Shown here: piece by piece, positions 20,468 to 34,372 of the stretch
How the letters are laid out: each line of letters opens with the position of its first letter
Position numbering within the stretch: the stretch's first letter is position 1
Source of the DNA: an uncultured delta proteobacterium
Lineage (GTDB): Bacteria; Desulfobacterota; Desulfobacteria; Desulfobacterales; UBA2156
Length of the DNA: 64,000 bases
Assembly: GCA_963736855.1 (NCBI GenBank)
Contig: CAVTQK010000015.1
Location: 160,001-224,000 of the forward strand
Direction of reading: 5' to 3'
Notes under the pieces: generated by a model
Databases searched by the model: none
Told to the model about the DNA's origin: nothing
The model's input: the letters and a program-made list of their open reading frames with translations, nothing else
Made by a program: the position numbers and the translations under genes

Positions 20468-21720
20468 TCCATAAGACCCGCCTTTCAAACGGCGTTCGGA
20501 TTATAACGAAAAAGATACCCCATTTCCAAAGTGTTTCCATGGGGGTATGGGTCAACGCCGGTGCCAGGGATGAGGCCCCGGATGAAAACGGCCTCTCCCA
20601 TTTTATCGAGCACATGATTTTCAAAGGAACCGCTAAAAGATCCGCATATCAGATCGCCAAAGAGTTTGATGCCATCGGCGGGCACACCAACGCCTTTACC
20701 TCCATGGAAACGACATGTTATCACGCCAAGGTCATGCACGACCGCTTGGTGACCATGGTCGACATCCTGTCGGATATTTTCCTGAATTCCGTATTTGATC
20801 CCGTTGAAATCAATCGGGAACAACCGGTCATCTTCCAGGAGATCGGAATGCTTGAAGACACCCCGGAAGAGTTCATCCATGTGCTGTCCGGAAATACCTT
20901 TTGGGGAGAAAGCCCTTTAGGAAGGTCGATTCTGGGGACCCGGGAAAATCTTTTGCGATTCGATTCCCACGTCGTTCAGACTTTTTTTCAAAAACTATAC
21001 CAGCCGGATCGGATCCTGATTTGCGCCGCCGGCAACACAGAGCATGACCGGATCCTGGAACTCCTGGGATCGGCCTTTGAGGCCATTAGCCCCGGAGACG
21101 GTCTTCCGGATCGGGCCACGCCTGTCGGGAACGCTCAAATCCGCCTGTTTCGAAAAAAAATGGAACAGGTACACCTGTGCATTGGAACTCCGGGCCTTTC
21201 ATCGACCGACCCGAAGCGATTTGCATTTTCGCTTTTGAATACCCTGCTGGGGGGAAACATGAGTTCGCGTCTCTTTCAGGAAATTCGGGAGCGCCGCGGG
21301 CTGGCCTACAGTGTCTATTCCTTCATTTCCGCCTATGCCGACACCGGGATGTTCGGCGCATACGCCGCATGCGATGCAAAAAAAATCAAGGAGGTAGTCG
21401 CACTGATTCTGGAGGAAGTGCATAGGATCAAAACGCATCCTGTTGAAGGCATGGAATTGAAAAACGCCAAAGAGTTTCTCAAAGGAGGCCTTTACCTGAG
21501 TTCCGAGAGCGTGGACAACCAGATGGTTCGCCTGGCCCAAAACGAGATTCTTTTCAATCGAGCCATCCCCCTTGGAGAGGTCGTTCAGGGGATAGAATCG
21601 GTCACGGCTGATGAAATCCGCGACCTTGCTGCGGAGCTGTTTCATTCGGATTGCCTGGCCATAACCCTTTTGGGCCCGATACCCGCCCGAATGAACCTCC
21701 AGGGGCTTTTATCCCTGTGA
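20464..21720 (+). CDS. M16 (pitrilysin) family zinc peptidase
   Basis: [11 protein letters not shown] (HxxEH), [22 protein letters not shown]. Confidence 0.93.
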   Translation: MIHKTRLSNGVRIITKKIPHFQSVSMGVWVNAGARDEAPDENGLSHFIEHMIFKGTAKRSAYQIAKEFDAIGGHTNAFTSMETTCYHAKVMHDRLVTMVDILSDIFLNSVFDPVEINREQPVIFQEIGMLEDTPEEFIHVLSGNTFWGESPLGRSILGTRENLLRFDSHVVQTFFQKLYQPDRILICAAGNTEHDRILELLGSAFEAISPGDGLPDRATPVGNAQIRLFRKKMEQVHLCIGTPGLSSTDPKRFAFSLLNTLLGGNMSSRLFQEIRERRGLAYSVYSFISAYADTGMFGAYAACDAKKIKEVVALILEEVHRIKTHPVEGMELKNAKEFLKGGLYLSSESVDNQMVRLAQNEILFNRAIPLGEVVQGIESVTADEIRDLAAELFHSDCLAITLLGPIPARMNLQGLLSL

Positions 21721-21770
21721 AGATTTCAGAACAGGCAGCGGCAATGAATCGCAAACCACAGGAATCGGCC

Positions 21771-22247
21771 ATGAGCGAGGGGCCCACCGTTAAATTCCTG
21801 CGGTTGCGACCCCACGCAGAAGGAGATATCCCGTTTCCCTCCTACATGACACCCGGAGCTTCCGGAATGGACATCTGTGCGGCAGTCGAAGGGGAAACGG
21901 TCTTAGCGCCCGGCGAAATCCGGTTGATCCCTATGGGTTTCGCCGTTTCCATTCCACCCGGTTATGAAGCCCAGATCCGCCCCAGAAGCGGACTTGCCGT
22001 CCAATACGGCATCGGGATCATCAATTCCCCGGGGACCATCGACGCTGACTATCGTGGAGAGGTTATGGTGGCCCTGATCAATCACGGAAAACGAGATTTC
22101 ATTGTACGCAGGGGCGACCGGATTGCCCAGATGATCGTTCAACGGGTTTACCGAGCCAGAATCGAGCCGGTAACAAATCTCGACAAGACCTCAAGGGATG
22201 CCGGCGGATTCGGGCATACGGGAATCCAGTCGGATTTAGGAGTCTAG
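21771..22247 (+). CDS. dut: dUTP diphosphatase
   Basis: SGMD, RPRSGLA, GTIDADYRGE, RIAQ, GGFGHTG; start ATG 21744 or 21771. Confidence 0.96.
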   Translation: MSEGPTVKFLRLRPHAEGDIPFPSYMTPGASGMDICAAVEGETVLAPGEIRLIPMGFAVSIPPGYEAQIRPRSGLAVQYGIGIINSPGTIDADYRGEVMVALINHGKRDFIVRRGDRIAQMIVQRVYRARIEPVTNLDKTSRDAGGFGHTGIQSDLGV

Positions 22248-22303
22248 GGAGTAAATTTCAAAACTGAAATACCTGGATTCAACAGGGGGGACGGTCACAT
22301 CTC

Positions 22304-23083
22304 ATGGATTACAAGCTGGCCGTATGCGTGCTGGCAAGCGGCAGCCGGGGAAACGCCATCTATGTCAGCGACGGTATCACATCGATCCTCATCGATGCAG
22401 GACTTTCCGGAATCGAGATCGAAAGGCGCCTGAAATGCCGGGGGATTTCTCCAGAAAACTTTTCGGCCATCGTGGTCACGCATGAACACACGGATCACAT
22501 CCTGGGAGTGGGTGTTCTGTCGCGGCGGTACCACATCCCCGTCTACCTGAGCGGCGATACCAAGCGGGCAGCCGAACCTGAGATCGGAAATCTGTTTCAA
22601 ATCGTCGATTTTGAACCCGGACGTATGTTTGCCGTCCGGTCTTTGATGTTGCATCCTTTTACGTTATCCCACGACGCCGAAGATCCGGTGGGACTGACGC
22701 TATCCGGTAATGGGAAAAAGATCGGCATCGCCACGGATATGGGCTTTACCACCGGGCTGGTTAAGGATCACTTGCAGGAATGCACCCTTCTGGTATTGGA
22801 GGCCAATCATGATGTCCAAATGCTGGAGGAAGGGCCGTATCCCTGGCCTCTCAAGCAACGCATCCAAGGCCGGCGAGGGCATCTTTCCAACGTCCAATCA
22901 CGGGATCTGCTTAAAGAGATCCGGCATCGGGGGCTTGCGCATGTCGTGCTGGCCCACCTCAGTGAAACGAACAACACTCCTGAAAAAGCGCTTCGCACCA
23001 TAGAGGGATCCGTCGATTCCCGCTTTACCCGTATCGACGTGGCGCTTCAGGACCGGTGCGGCGACCTGCTCATCATTCCATGA
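22304..23083 (+). CDS. MBL-fold metallohydrolase (YycJ/WalJ-like)
   Basis: LASGSRGN, IDAG, THEHTDH, SHDA, EANHD, GHLSN, HLSETNN. Confidence 0.9.
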   Translation: MDYKLAVCVLASGSRGNAIYVSDGITSILIDAGLSGIEIERRLKCRGISPENFSAIVVTHEHTDHILGVGVLSRRYHIPVYLSGDTKRAAEPEIGNLFQIVDFEPGRMFAVRSLMLHPFTLSHDAEDPVGLTLSGNGKKIGIATDMGFTTGLVKDHLQECTLLVLEANHDVQMLEEGPYPWPLKQRIQGRRGHLSNVQSRDLLKEIRHRGLAHVVLAHLSETNNTPEKALRTIEGSVDSRFTRIDVALQDRCGDLLIIP

Positions 23084-23107
23084 ACATTTAAAGCCCAAAG
23101 ACGGGAA

Positions 23108-24196
23108 TCAGCAAGGCGCCGGGATCGCCTTGCCTTCCACGAACAGGAAATCCCTGGGGCAGAAAGGATCCGGTCGAATCAAAACCGAATGGATGTGAAA
23201 CCGGGCCTTCAGCGATGCGATGTTCCGATTGGCATATCCGGCCGTTTTAGAGGCGGTAAAGGGATGTATCCGAATGATCAAAGGATCGGAAACGGTTCCT
23301 TTTTCCTGCAAGTAAGAAACCAGGACGTCGTAAAACATTTCGGATTGGACCAGATGGCCGAAGGCGGGATGAAAGGGGCCTGCGACAAGATGGCTTTCCG
23401 GCCGCAATGTCTCGGAGGGCTGAAGCCCCATTCGGATGACCCGGATTTTATGCTGCAAAAAGTAGAGATAAAGCCTTTTGACATGGCCCACGCAGGCATC
23501 CAAAGGCCAGGGAGTGTAATCGCCACGGGCATACCATCGGGCTAGCTCACTTCCTTTGAGAACTACGGCGGGATAAATCCGCACGCAATCGGGAGCCAAC
23601 GCGGCGACTTTTTCGACGCTTGAAAAGGAACCTGCTTCGGTATCGCCGGGAAGCCCCACCATGAGTTGGACACCGATCCGATAACCCCGTCCTTTCAGAA
23701 GGCTCACGGCTTTCACGGTGTCGGAGGCCGAATGTCCACGTTCGCAGGTGGCGAGGACCCGATCATCCATGGACTGAACACCCAGCTCCACAGTGGAGAC
23801 CGGGAAGCCGGAAATGAGTTCGAGCCGTTTTTCCGTGATTGTATCAGGGCGAGTGGAAAACCGGATTTGATCGGCAACTCCTTCGTTGATCAGGTCGGTA
23901 GCGGCTCTTAAAAAAGAGATCACCCGGTCTTTAGGCATTCCCAAAAAGGTGCCTCCGTAAAAAGCCACTTCCACCGGATGCCGATTTTTCCCTTTATGCT
24001 TCAGGTGTTCCAGCGCATGTTGGCGGAGATTTTCCGGTTTGAAATCGGGGATTTTATCAGTGTCCATGGCAGCTTGATTGCAAAAGATACATCTGTGGGG
24101 ACACCCTTGATGGCGGAGAAATACCGGAATGATAAAAGGTTTCTTTTCAGGGATTAAAAAAGCATTTCTCTCTCGGCTCATTGATCTTTCGAGCAT
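23108..24196 (-). CDS. Radical SAM protein (Elp3/YhcC/HemN-like)
   Basis: GCPHRCIFC (CxxxCxxC), FYGGTF, STRPD, ELGVQS. Confidence 0.85.
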   Translation of the reverse strand: MLERSMSRERNAFLIPEKKPFIIPVFLRHQGCPHRCIFCNQAAMDTDKIPDFKPENLRQHALEHLKHKGKNRHPVEVAFYGGTFLGMPKDRVISFLRAATDLINEGVADQIRFSTRPDTITEKRLELISGFPVSTVELGVQSMDDRVLATCERGHSASDTVKAVSLLKGRGYRIGVQLMVGLPGDTEAGSFSSVEKVAALAPDCVRIYPAVVLKGSELARWYARGDYTPWPLDACVGHVKRLYLYFLQHKIRVIRMGLQPSETLRPESHLVAGPFHPAFGHLVQSEMFYDVLVSYLQEKGTVSDPLIIRIHPFTASKTAGYANRNIASLKARFHIHSVLIRPDPFCPRDFLFVEGKAIPAPC

Positions 24197-24897
24197 TCGG
24201 AAAAACCGGCATCTATGCGTGTGAGGGCGTTTTGTGCAGCATCCTGCTCGGCGGCCTTTTTGTTTTTACCGGTTCCTTGTGCCGTAATGCCGAGTACCTC
24301 AACCTGGATTCGGAAGATCTTGTCGTGATCGGGACCGCTTTCCTGTAATACGGTGTAAACCGGCACCATCTCTCTATTCTGTTGAACAATCTCCTGGAGT
24401 CGCGATTTGGCGTCCGTTGCCAAAAACGGCAGAGCCGGGCCCCGGATGTAAGGAAGGAAAAGGTTATGAATGAGGCGAAAGGCGGCGTTAAAGCCGCCAT
24501 CCAGGTAGACAGCGGCGATAAGGGCTTCGAATGCATCGGCCAGGATGGACGATTTTTCCCTGCCGTTGTTTTTTTCTTCCCCTTTTCCGATCAGTAAATA
24601 AACGCCCAGTTCCAGGGATCGCGCACATTCGGCCAGCCGGGACTCACTGACCAGACCCGAACGCATCTTGGATAGATCCCCTTCCTTGAATTCGGGAAAA
24701 CGTTCTATCAGCAGATGTCCCACCGCCAAGTTTAAGACTGCATCCCCGAGGAACTCCAGGCGCTGGTTATCCTTGAGCCCCTCCTGGTCCGGACGCTCAT
24801 TGACATAGGAAGTGTGATACAGGGACTCGAGAAGGAGCCTTTTGTCCGAAAAAGCATAGGAAAGCCGGTCTTCGAGCCGGTTGAGGTCTACTTCCAT
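24178..24897 (-). CDS. rnc: Ribonuclease III
   Basis: NQRLEFLGDAVL, ADAFEA, C-terminal dsRBD (KSRLQE...KKAAEQ). Confidence 0.96.
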   Translation of the reverse strand: MEVDLNRLEDRLSYAFSDKRLLLESLYHTSYVNERPDQEGLKDNQRLEFLGDAVLNLAVGHLLIERFPEFKEGDLSKMRSGLVSESRLAECARSLELGVYLLIGKGEEKNNGREKSSILADAFEALIAAVYLDGGFNAAFRLIHNLFLPYIRGPALPFLATDAKSRLQEIVQQNREMVPVYTVLQESGPDHDKIFRIQVEVLGITAQGTGKNKKAAEQDAAQNALTRIDAGFSECSKDQ

Positions 24898-25778
24898 TTC
24901 CTTTCAATAATTTCTTGGAATAGTGAAAAAGGGACAGATAGATCCCCTTTGCCCACCCCCAGGCGGATATCGGGTTTCAATTCCCCGTGAAAATCGGTTC
25001 CTCCGGTAATCAGCAAATCGTGTCGGCGTGCCAGATGCGCGAAAAAGGCTGTACGTTCAGGGGAATGCTCGGGATAATAGGTTTCCAATCCTCCGAGGCC
25101 CATCGATTTGAGACGGATGATGAGGTCTTCCAACACGCGGTCTTCGACAATATTCAAAAGAACCGGATGGGCCAATACCGCAAGACCCTTCGCTTTCCGG
25201 ATCAGGGTGATGGCCTCACGGCATCCGATGCGGAATTTGTCGATGTAGGCGGGCTTTCCCCTACCCAGATATCGATCAAAGGCATCATCAATGGAAACGG
25301 CATAATTTTTTTTCACCAGGACTTGGGCGATGTGGGGCCGTCCCACCTGATCCCCGGATGCCGCCTCCTGGACTTCAGCTATGGTAATCCGGATGCTCAT
25401 CTCCTGAAGCTTTTCCAGGATCTTCGGGTTCCGGTTGCGTCGGGCGTTCTGGAGCAAAAACAAGGTCTGATTCAGTTCGGGATGGTCCACATCGATATCG
25501 TAGCCCAGGATATGGAAGGTGGCGGATACGGGAAAGTCAGCCAAGGGGGCGGCGCTGATTTCAACGCCTGTAAGAAACCCCAAACCATGGGGGATTCCCG
25601 CGGCAAGCGCTTCTTTCACGCCCGCCACGGTGTCATGATCGGCGATGGCGATAGCGCCTAATTTCTGATCATTGGCCAGTTTGAGAATTTCAACGGCGGA
25701 ACAGGTACCATCCGAGGCTGAGGTATGAATGTGCAGATCGATGTTCACATGGACTTCACAGGCCGAGGGCCTTTTCAA
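24888..25778 (-). CDS. PHP-domain phosphoesterase (TrpH/YciV-like)
   Basis: DLHIHTSASDG, ADHD, GVEIS, GRPHIA, LAHP, GGTDFHG. Confidence 0.9.
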   Translation of the reverse strand: MKRPSACEVHVNIDLHIHTSASDGTCSAVEILKLANDQKLGAIAIADHDTVAGVKEALAAGIPHGLGFLTGVEISAAPLADFPVSATFHILGYDIDVDHPELNQTLFLLQNARRNRNPKILEKLQEMSIRITIAEVQEAASGDQVGRPHIAQVLVKKNYAVSIDDAFDRYLGRGKPAYIDKFRIGCREAITLIRKAKGLAVLAHPVLLNIVEDRVLEDLIIRLKSMGLGGLETYYPEHSPERTAFFAHLARRHDLLITGGTDFHGELKPDIRLGVGKGDLSVPFSLFQEIIERKWK

Positions 25779-26118
25779 GAGCTTCTTCTTTGGTTTTACA
25801 ATCGATGCAGAGGGTAGTGACCGGCCGCGCCTTCAGTCGCTTGATGGAAATTTCGCCGCCGCAGGATTCACAGATCCCGAAGGTTCCGTTTTCGATGCGT
25901 TCCTGTGCCTTTTTGATTTTTTTAATCAGCTTGCTCTCCCGGTCCCGGATCCGGAGCATGAAATTACGGTCCGATTCAAGAGAAGCTCGGTCGGTGGGGT
26001 CCGGGAAGTTATCCTTAACCGTTGTCATACCAGAGACCGTATCATCCACCTGGCTGAGCAGCTCGTTGAGCTGGTTGTTGAGATATTTCTTGAAATAATC
26101 AAGATCGTTCTGTTTCAT
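25756..26118 (-). CDS. dksA: RNA polymerase-binding factor DksA
   Basis: PDPTDRA coiled-coil tip; C4 zinc finger CESC...RLKARP...CIDC. Confidence 0.92.
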   Translation of the reverse strand: MKQNDLDYFKKYLNNQLNELLSQVDDTVSGMTTVKDNFPDPTDRASLESDRNFMLRIRDRESKLIKKIKKAQERIENGTFGICESCGGEISIKRLKARPVTTLCIDCKTKEEALEKALGL

Positions 26119-26399
26119 GAAAGCTCTCCGCAGATTTCGATAATGACTCACTTTAAAGTTTGAATAAATATCAATAAAAATCATTATTGTAAAGAATAAA
26201 ATCCTTCTTTTTGAAAAACATACGGTACCAGGAAAGGCTCAATGTCATAAAATCAACGAACTGGTTTGTGAGAAGGGTAAAATCCTCTCTTTTGAATTTT
26301 ATGATTCCTCGGAATTTTCCATTGGGCCTTATCGGCTCCACGGTTTTAACAACTAGATCATCAAGAGAAACTGGATTTTTTACAGCATTGTGGGAATGC

Positions 26400-26562
26400 C
26401 TAATGGCCACATTCTCTGCCGACAAGCCTTCCTCGGTTACCCGTCGCACGGCCTCCAGTCGCAATTCCTTGGTGTGCTTGCTGTATGGTGCCTTTTCCAT
26501 TTCGACACCTCCGTTTGCCGGTCATTGGAAACTTTGGTGTCCATATTTTTCAACCTAAATTA
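26400..26562 (-). mobile_element. IS3-family remnant (left IR plus 5' part of orfA)
   Basis: IRL-like TAATTTAGGTTGAAAAATATGGACAC; orfA-like MEKAPYSKHTKELRLEAVRRVTEEGLS from 26500; aligns without gaps to 43962-44065. Confidence 0.7.
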
Positions 26563-26868
26563 CCCCTCATCATCGCGGTGATCGGTGATCCCAAAGGAAC
26601 CGGGGTGGATATGTTTATGGAGGAAGGAGGTGTCGGATACCAGTTTGCCTGCGGTGCGGCCATCCAGAATATGCTGCTCGCCGGCCATGCCCTTGGCTTT
26701 GAAGGGCTGTGGTTTATCTTTTTCGACAAGAAAGCCATACGGAAGATTCTCGGGGTACAAGAGAAAAAGGTTCCCATCGGCATGGTGTGCCTGTGAAAAC
26801 CTCTCGGCGCACCCGGGGCTATTCCCAGAAAAAACTTTCAGGAAAAGACCGTATGGATTGAGGCGTAA
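26563..26868 (+). pseudogene. Nitroreductase pseudogene (5'-truncated, internal nonsense codon)
   Basis: PLIIAV...CGAAIQNMLLAGHALGFEGLW...CL*KPLGAPGAIPRK...; TGA at 26794-26796; begins right at the IS3 end. Confidence 0.75.
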
Positions 26869-26957
26869 GGAGTATTCAACAGATCTTCCAAAGATCAGAC
26901 ATCACCCGGGTTGAAACCCGATTTATCTCTTCTTCTTTCTTTTATCTTTTTGGCTTC

Positions 26958-28265
26958 TCACCTTACCAGATTTGACAGAACCAGCACTGTCCAGTAAGGA
27001 GATAGCATGAGGATGATTATGGAGATGATGTAAGAAGGCATATAGTAAAAGGCTCCCCTGAAAACGGTTCCAAGGGGGATATCTTGTGCCATTCCGGCTA
27101 CCACGTAACAACAGATCCCTATGGGAGGCATGATGGCCCCCATGGTGGTGACGATGCAAATGACCTGGCCGAACCAGATCGGATCATAGCCCATCTGGGT
27201 TACCAGAGGGAAAAATATGGGCAAAGAAATCAAAAGAAAGGCAAGCGCGTCCATGACACACCCGCCGATGATGTAACAAATCAGGATGAGCCAAAGAAGC
27301 ATCCATTTTGGCAAGGCGAGAGAACTGATTATGGAGGCTGCTTCAAAAGGCAGCCGGGTCACAGCCAGAAATCTACCAAAAATCGTTGCTCCGGCCAGGA
27401 TCATGAAGACAAGACATGAGATGCGGAGGGTGTCGGCAATGGATGCGATGAATCCTTTCCAGGACAGTTTCTTCCGGATCAGGCAGATCACGAGGCTGAG
27501 GGCACAGCTTGCGGCTGCGGCTTCCGTCGCGGTGACGACGCCCGTAAACAGGGCATACATGATAATAGCGAAGAGAATGAGAATGTCCAGGATCTCCGGA
27601 AGGGCCTTCATCCGTTCCCGCCATGTATTTTTAGGGCCTTTGGGGCCCCAGTCCGGGTGGCGAAAACAAATGTAGAAGACCGTTGCCGCGATCAAGACAG
27701 TGAGAATGGCACTGGGGATGATATTTCCAAAAAAGAGTTTACCGATGGATTGTCCCGTGTACAGGCCGTATACGACAAGAACAATGCTTGGAGGGATGAG
27801 GACGCCGAGCGTAGAACCGGCAGCGACAGAGCCTGCATTGAGCATCGGGTGATAATGATACTTCTTCATCTCAGGGATGGCCACACTGCTCATGGTAGCA
27901 GCAGTCGCCGTATTTGAGCCGCTGATGGCCGAAAAGGCGGCACAGGCCATAATCGTCGTGATCGCAAGCCCGCCTCTGTAATGGCCGAACCAGCGGTAAG
28001 TAGCGTAGTATAGGCTGTGGTTGTATCCTCCGTAATGGACGAATTCCCCCACCAGAATAAACATAGGGATCACGGTGAGTCCATAGTTTGAGAAAATATT
28101 CCACAGGTCGGGGCCGATCATTCCAAGGGCCGCCTTGAAGGAAGTCACATAAGTAACTCCCAGAAAACCGACTATCATCATCGTAAAAGCTGCGGGTATC
28201 CTGAACAGGAACAACACCGCGAACATTACTACAATTCCGATTACCCCCACCATGGGCCCACTCAT
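26958..28265 (-). CDS. dctM: TRAP transporter large permease
   Basis: IPMFILVGE, FSAISGS, GVLIPPS, TATEAAA, PPIG; very hydrophobic. Confidence 0.92.
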   Translation of the reverse strand: MSGPMVGVIGIVVMFAVLFLFRIPAAFTMMIVGFLGVTYVTSFKAALGMIGPDLWNIFSNYGLTVIPMFILVGEFVHYGGYNHSLYYATYRWFGHYRGGLAITTIMACAAFSAISGSNTATAATMSSVAIPEMKKYHYHPMLNAGSVAAGSTLGVLIPPSIVLVVYGLYTGQSIGKLFFGNIIPSAILTVLIAATVFYICFRHPDWGPKGPKNTWRERMKALPEILDILILFAIIMYALFTGVVTATEAAAASCALSLVICLIRKKLSWKGFIASIADTLRISCLVFMILAGATIFGRFLAVTRLPFEAASIISSLALPKWMLLWLILICYIIGGCVMDALAFLLISLPIFFPLVTQMGYDPIWFGQVICIVTTMGAIMPPIGICCYVVAGMAQDIPLGTVFRGAFYYMPSYIISIIILMLSPYWTVLVLSNLVR

Positions 28266-28269
28266 GGTT

Positions 28270-28755
28270 CTATTGACCACCCTTCTTCCGGAATGTGCTC
28301 AGGAAATCGATGACGAGTGTTAAAGACAGAAGGGCAAAGCCTATGGCAACGCAGAAAATGAAAGGATAATAAACGATCTTAAGGGTCTCAGACACTTCTC
28401 CGCAGGAAGCGATCCTTAAGCCCCATCTCAGAATGACCCAGGAAATGACGGCGAAAAAAAACATAGCGATTAAGAAACCGATCCCATCAAGGATTCTCTT
28501 GGCTCCATCAGGAAAAGTTGCCGACAAGATATCCACGACGATGTGGCTTTTCTTTTTCTGAGTATAGCCCAGAGCAAATGCGGTGACCACGGCGCCCAGA
28601 AAAGATGCAAGCTCATAAGCTCCCCGATAAGGCATCCCGAAAATCCTAAGGCAGACGTTCCCTGTCGCCAGGGTCATCAGGGCCAGTACCGCGATGCCGC
28701 CGATCACAAGGAACGATTTATTCAGGAAGTTGTTTAGCTTTTCAAGGAGTTCCAT
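28270..28755 (-). CDS. dctQ: TRAP transporter small permease
   Basis: Four TM segments, G.YE, HIVVD motif. Confidence 0.88.
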   Translation of the reverse strand: MELLEKLNNFLNKSFLVIGGIAVLALMTLATGNVCLRIFGMPYRGAYELASFLGAVVTAFALGYTQKKKSHIVVDILSATFPDGAKRILDGIGFLIAMFFFAVISWVILRWGLRIASCGEVSETLKIVYYPFIFCVAIGFALLSLTLVIDFLSTFRKKGGQ

Positions 28756-28783
28756 GACGATACCCTTTACCCGGCAGCTTTAA

Positions 28784-28821
28784 ATTCCCCTTTCCTCCGG
28801 TAACACGGAGGAAAGGGGAAT
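28784..28821. terminator. Strong intercistronic hairpin between dctP and dctQ
   Basis: Perfect 16-bp stem ATTCCCCTTTCCTCCG-GTAACA-CGGAGGAAAGGGGAAT. Confidence 0.65.
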
Positions 28822-28860
28822 GACGAATATGAATTCAGAAAACATGCAGGCTGATTACTT

Positions 28861-29049
28861 GATGAAATCGTAAAAAGCTGATTTTTCTCACGCCGCAAGT
28901 CTTTTGGGAAGATCCAAAGGGTTTCGCTAAATCTCAAGAACTCGGCACAAGTGCCTCAAACAGCTTGAGATTTTTAACGCTCAACCCTTTGCATCTCTTT
29001 TTCCGAAAAGACTTGAATGGCGCTCACAAAACCTTTTTACGAAGCCATC
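28861..29049. mobile_element. MITE-like element, type B (189 bp)
   Basis: Ends GATGAAATCGTAAAAAG...CTTTTTACGAAGCCATC; 7-bp direct repeat ATTACTT at 28854-28860 and 29050-29056. Confidence 0.85.
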
Positions 29050-29050
29050 A

Positions 29051-30085
29051 TTACTTGAATTCCTTCGCGTACTTCTCCTTTAGGGCCAGAGCATCTTTAA
29101 CAATCTGATCGCCGGGGAGCCCTGCGGCTGTTACTTTCTTCACGTAAGCGGCAATAATGGGCTCCAGTAATTTGGGCATTTCCGCTTTTTCTTTGGCCGG
29201 AAGTTCGAAGATCTGCAGGTTGTATTTTTCCTTGGACCATTTGATGGCTTCCAGTACATGGTCATCCACATACTTTCCGGTCCACTGGGCTTGCTCCGTT
29301 CTCAGATCATCGAGTACCTTCTTCACGTCATCAGGGAGGGATTCCCATTTTTGTTTGTTCATGACAACGGCAAAGGTCACCACCCACAGGTCGGCCATCG
29401 TGACATTGGCTGTGTATGCCGCGTAGTTGAAATCCTTGAGAACTTCCATGGAGGAAACATGCCCTTTGACAACGCCTTTCTGGAGTGCTTCCGGAGTGTC
29501 GGATTGAGGCATGGCCACCGGAATTCCACCTAATAGCTTGATGATGTCAGCCTGAGTTCCTCCGACTCTCAGCTCCATGCCTTTGAGATCTGCCAGGGAT
29601 TTAACCGGAGTCCTGGTCATGATATTCGCAGGGGGACAGGTAAAGAGAGTGAGGATTTTGACGTCTTGAAATTCCTTGGCCTTGTATTTGTCGATGAGGT
29701 CATAGAGGGCCATGCTCGCAGCTTTGGCGCTTGGAAATCCAAGAGGCAGATCAATGGCCTCTGAAATGGGAAAGCGACCCGGTTGGTAACTCATGGCGAA
29801 ATTGCCGATATCGGCGGTTCCAGCCACGACCCCATCGAAGATGTTTTTGGCAGGCAGCAGGGTCCCTCCGGGAAAGGTCTGGACCGCAACTTTACCGTTG
29901 GTTCTCTTTTCTACCTCACCTTTCCATCTTTCCATCTGTACGCAAGGGAATGTCGGAGCAGGCGGAAAGTTTGCATAGGTCAGCTTGATCGGGTCAGCAG
30001 CAGAAACATTCCCGGAAAGCAATACGAAACCCAGCAGTGTGGCAATAAAAAGTCCAAAAATGATACACGCACCCTTTTTAATCAT
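29051..30085 (-). CDS. dctP: TRAP transporter substrate-binding protein (DctP family)
   Basis: Signal peptide; FPGGTL, DLKGMELR, EALQKGVV, MNKQKWESLPDD. Confidence 0.9.
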   Translation of the reverse strand: MIKKGACIIFGLFIATLLGFVLLSGNVSAADPIKLTYANFPPAPTFPCVQMERWKGEVEKRTNGKVAVQTFPGGTLLPAKNIFDGVVAGTADIGNFAMSYQPGRFPISEAIDLPLGFPSAKAASMALYDLIDKYKAKEFQDVKILTLFTCPPANIMTRTPVKSLADLKGMELRVGGTQADIIKLLGGIPVAMPQSDTPEALQKGVVKGHVSSMEVLKDFNYAAYTANVTMADLWVVTFAVVMNKQKWESLPDDVKKVLDDLRTEQAQWTGKYVDDHVLEAIKWSKEKYNLQIFELPAKEKAEMPKLLEPIIAAYVKKVTAAGLPGDQIVKDALALKEKYAKEFK

Positions 30086-30604
30086 CTCGGCACCTCCTTA
30101 AGATTGAGAACTATTAATTATCCCCTATTACCGTGTTCTTTGTTCACCTCCTTTCCATGTTCGTCATGTTGTTTCTGGTAAAGGGTTTATAGTGGAAAGG
30201 GTTCTGAACGAAAATGTTCTGAGGGGTCACATAAAGGCTCTCTTTTTCTTGGATGAACTTTTCAGCCGTGGCCTGATCCATAGCGAAAATAATAGAAGCG
30301 ATTGCATGGAATTGATAATAATCCGCTTTTTTGTGGGCCGGTTAAGCGAAGTCACGGATTGTGTTTTGCCGTCATCTGAGAAATGAGAACATGCAGTTTT
30401 TTGGCTTATGGCTTTTCAATTATCCAGGCCAGGGTATGCTGTCAATAAAAAACTCGTCGGCATCTTGCTGAAATTTTAACTGATTTGAGCATAAAGTACC
30501 GTTTCGGCTTTGGCGGAAAAAGGCCGGGAGAGATATTTATGACGGCTGGATACCGATAGATCTCCTCCGGAGGATGACAAGGCTTTTTTGTGTTGGAGTG
30601 GATT

Positions 30605-34234
<3,630 letters not shown>

Positions 34235-34372
34235 CTATATACTTGAATTTGATATTTTTGTAAACCTTTAAAAAATGGTCCGGAATTCCGATCCGGAAAT
34301 GACGAAATGTTTGTCCGGCAACTCCTAATTCATCGGAGCAGCAACCTGTGCCCGGAATCGATACGGCATGGT

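Noticed and set aside
26794..26796. In-frame TGA as possible selenocysteine
   Set aside because: Aligns to a conserved Gly position (GGA to TGA) in a 5'-truncated gene; nonsense mutation is simpler.
30086..30604. About 520-bp spacer upstream of dctP as a riboswitch or sigma54 promoter
   Set aside because: No convincing -24/-12 element or aptamer consensus found.
34245..34280. Possible Rex box upstream of PFOR
   Set aside because: Only one half-site resembles TTGTGAA in AT-rich context.
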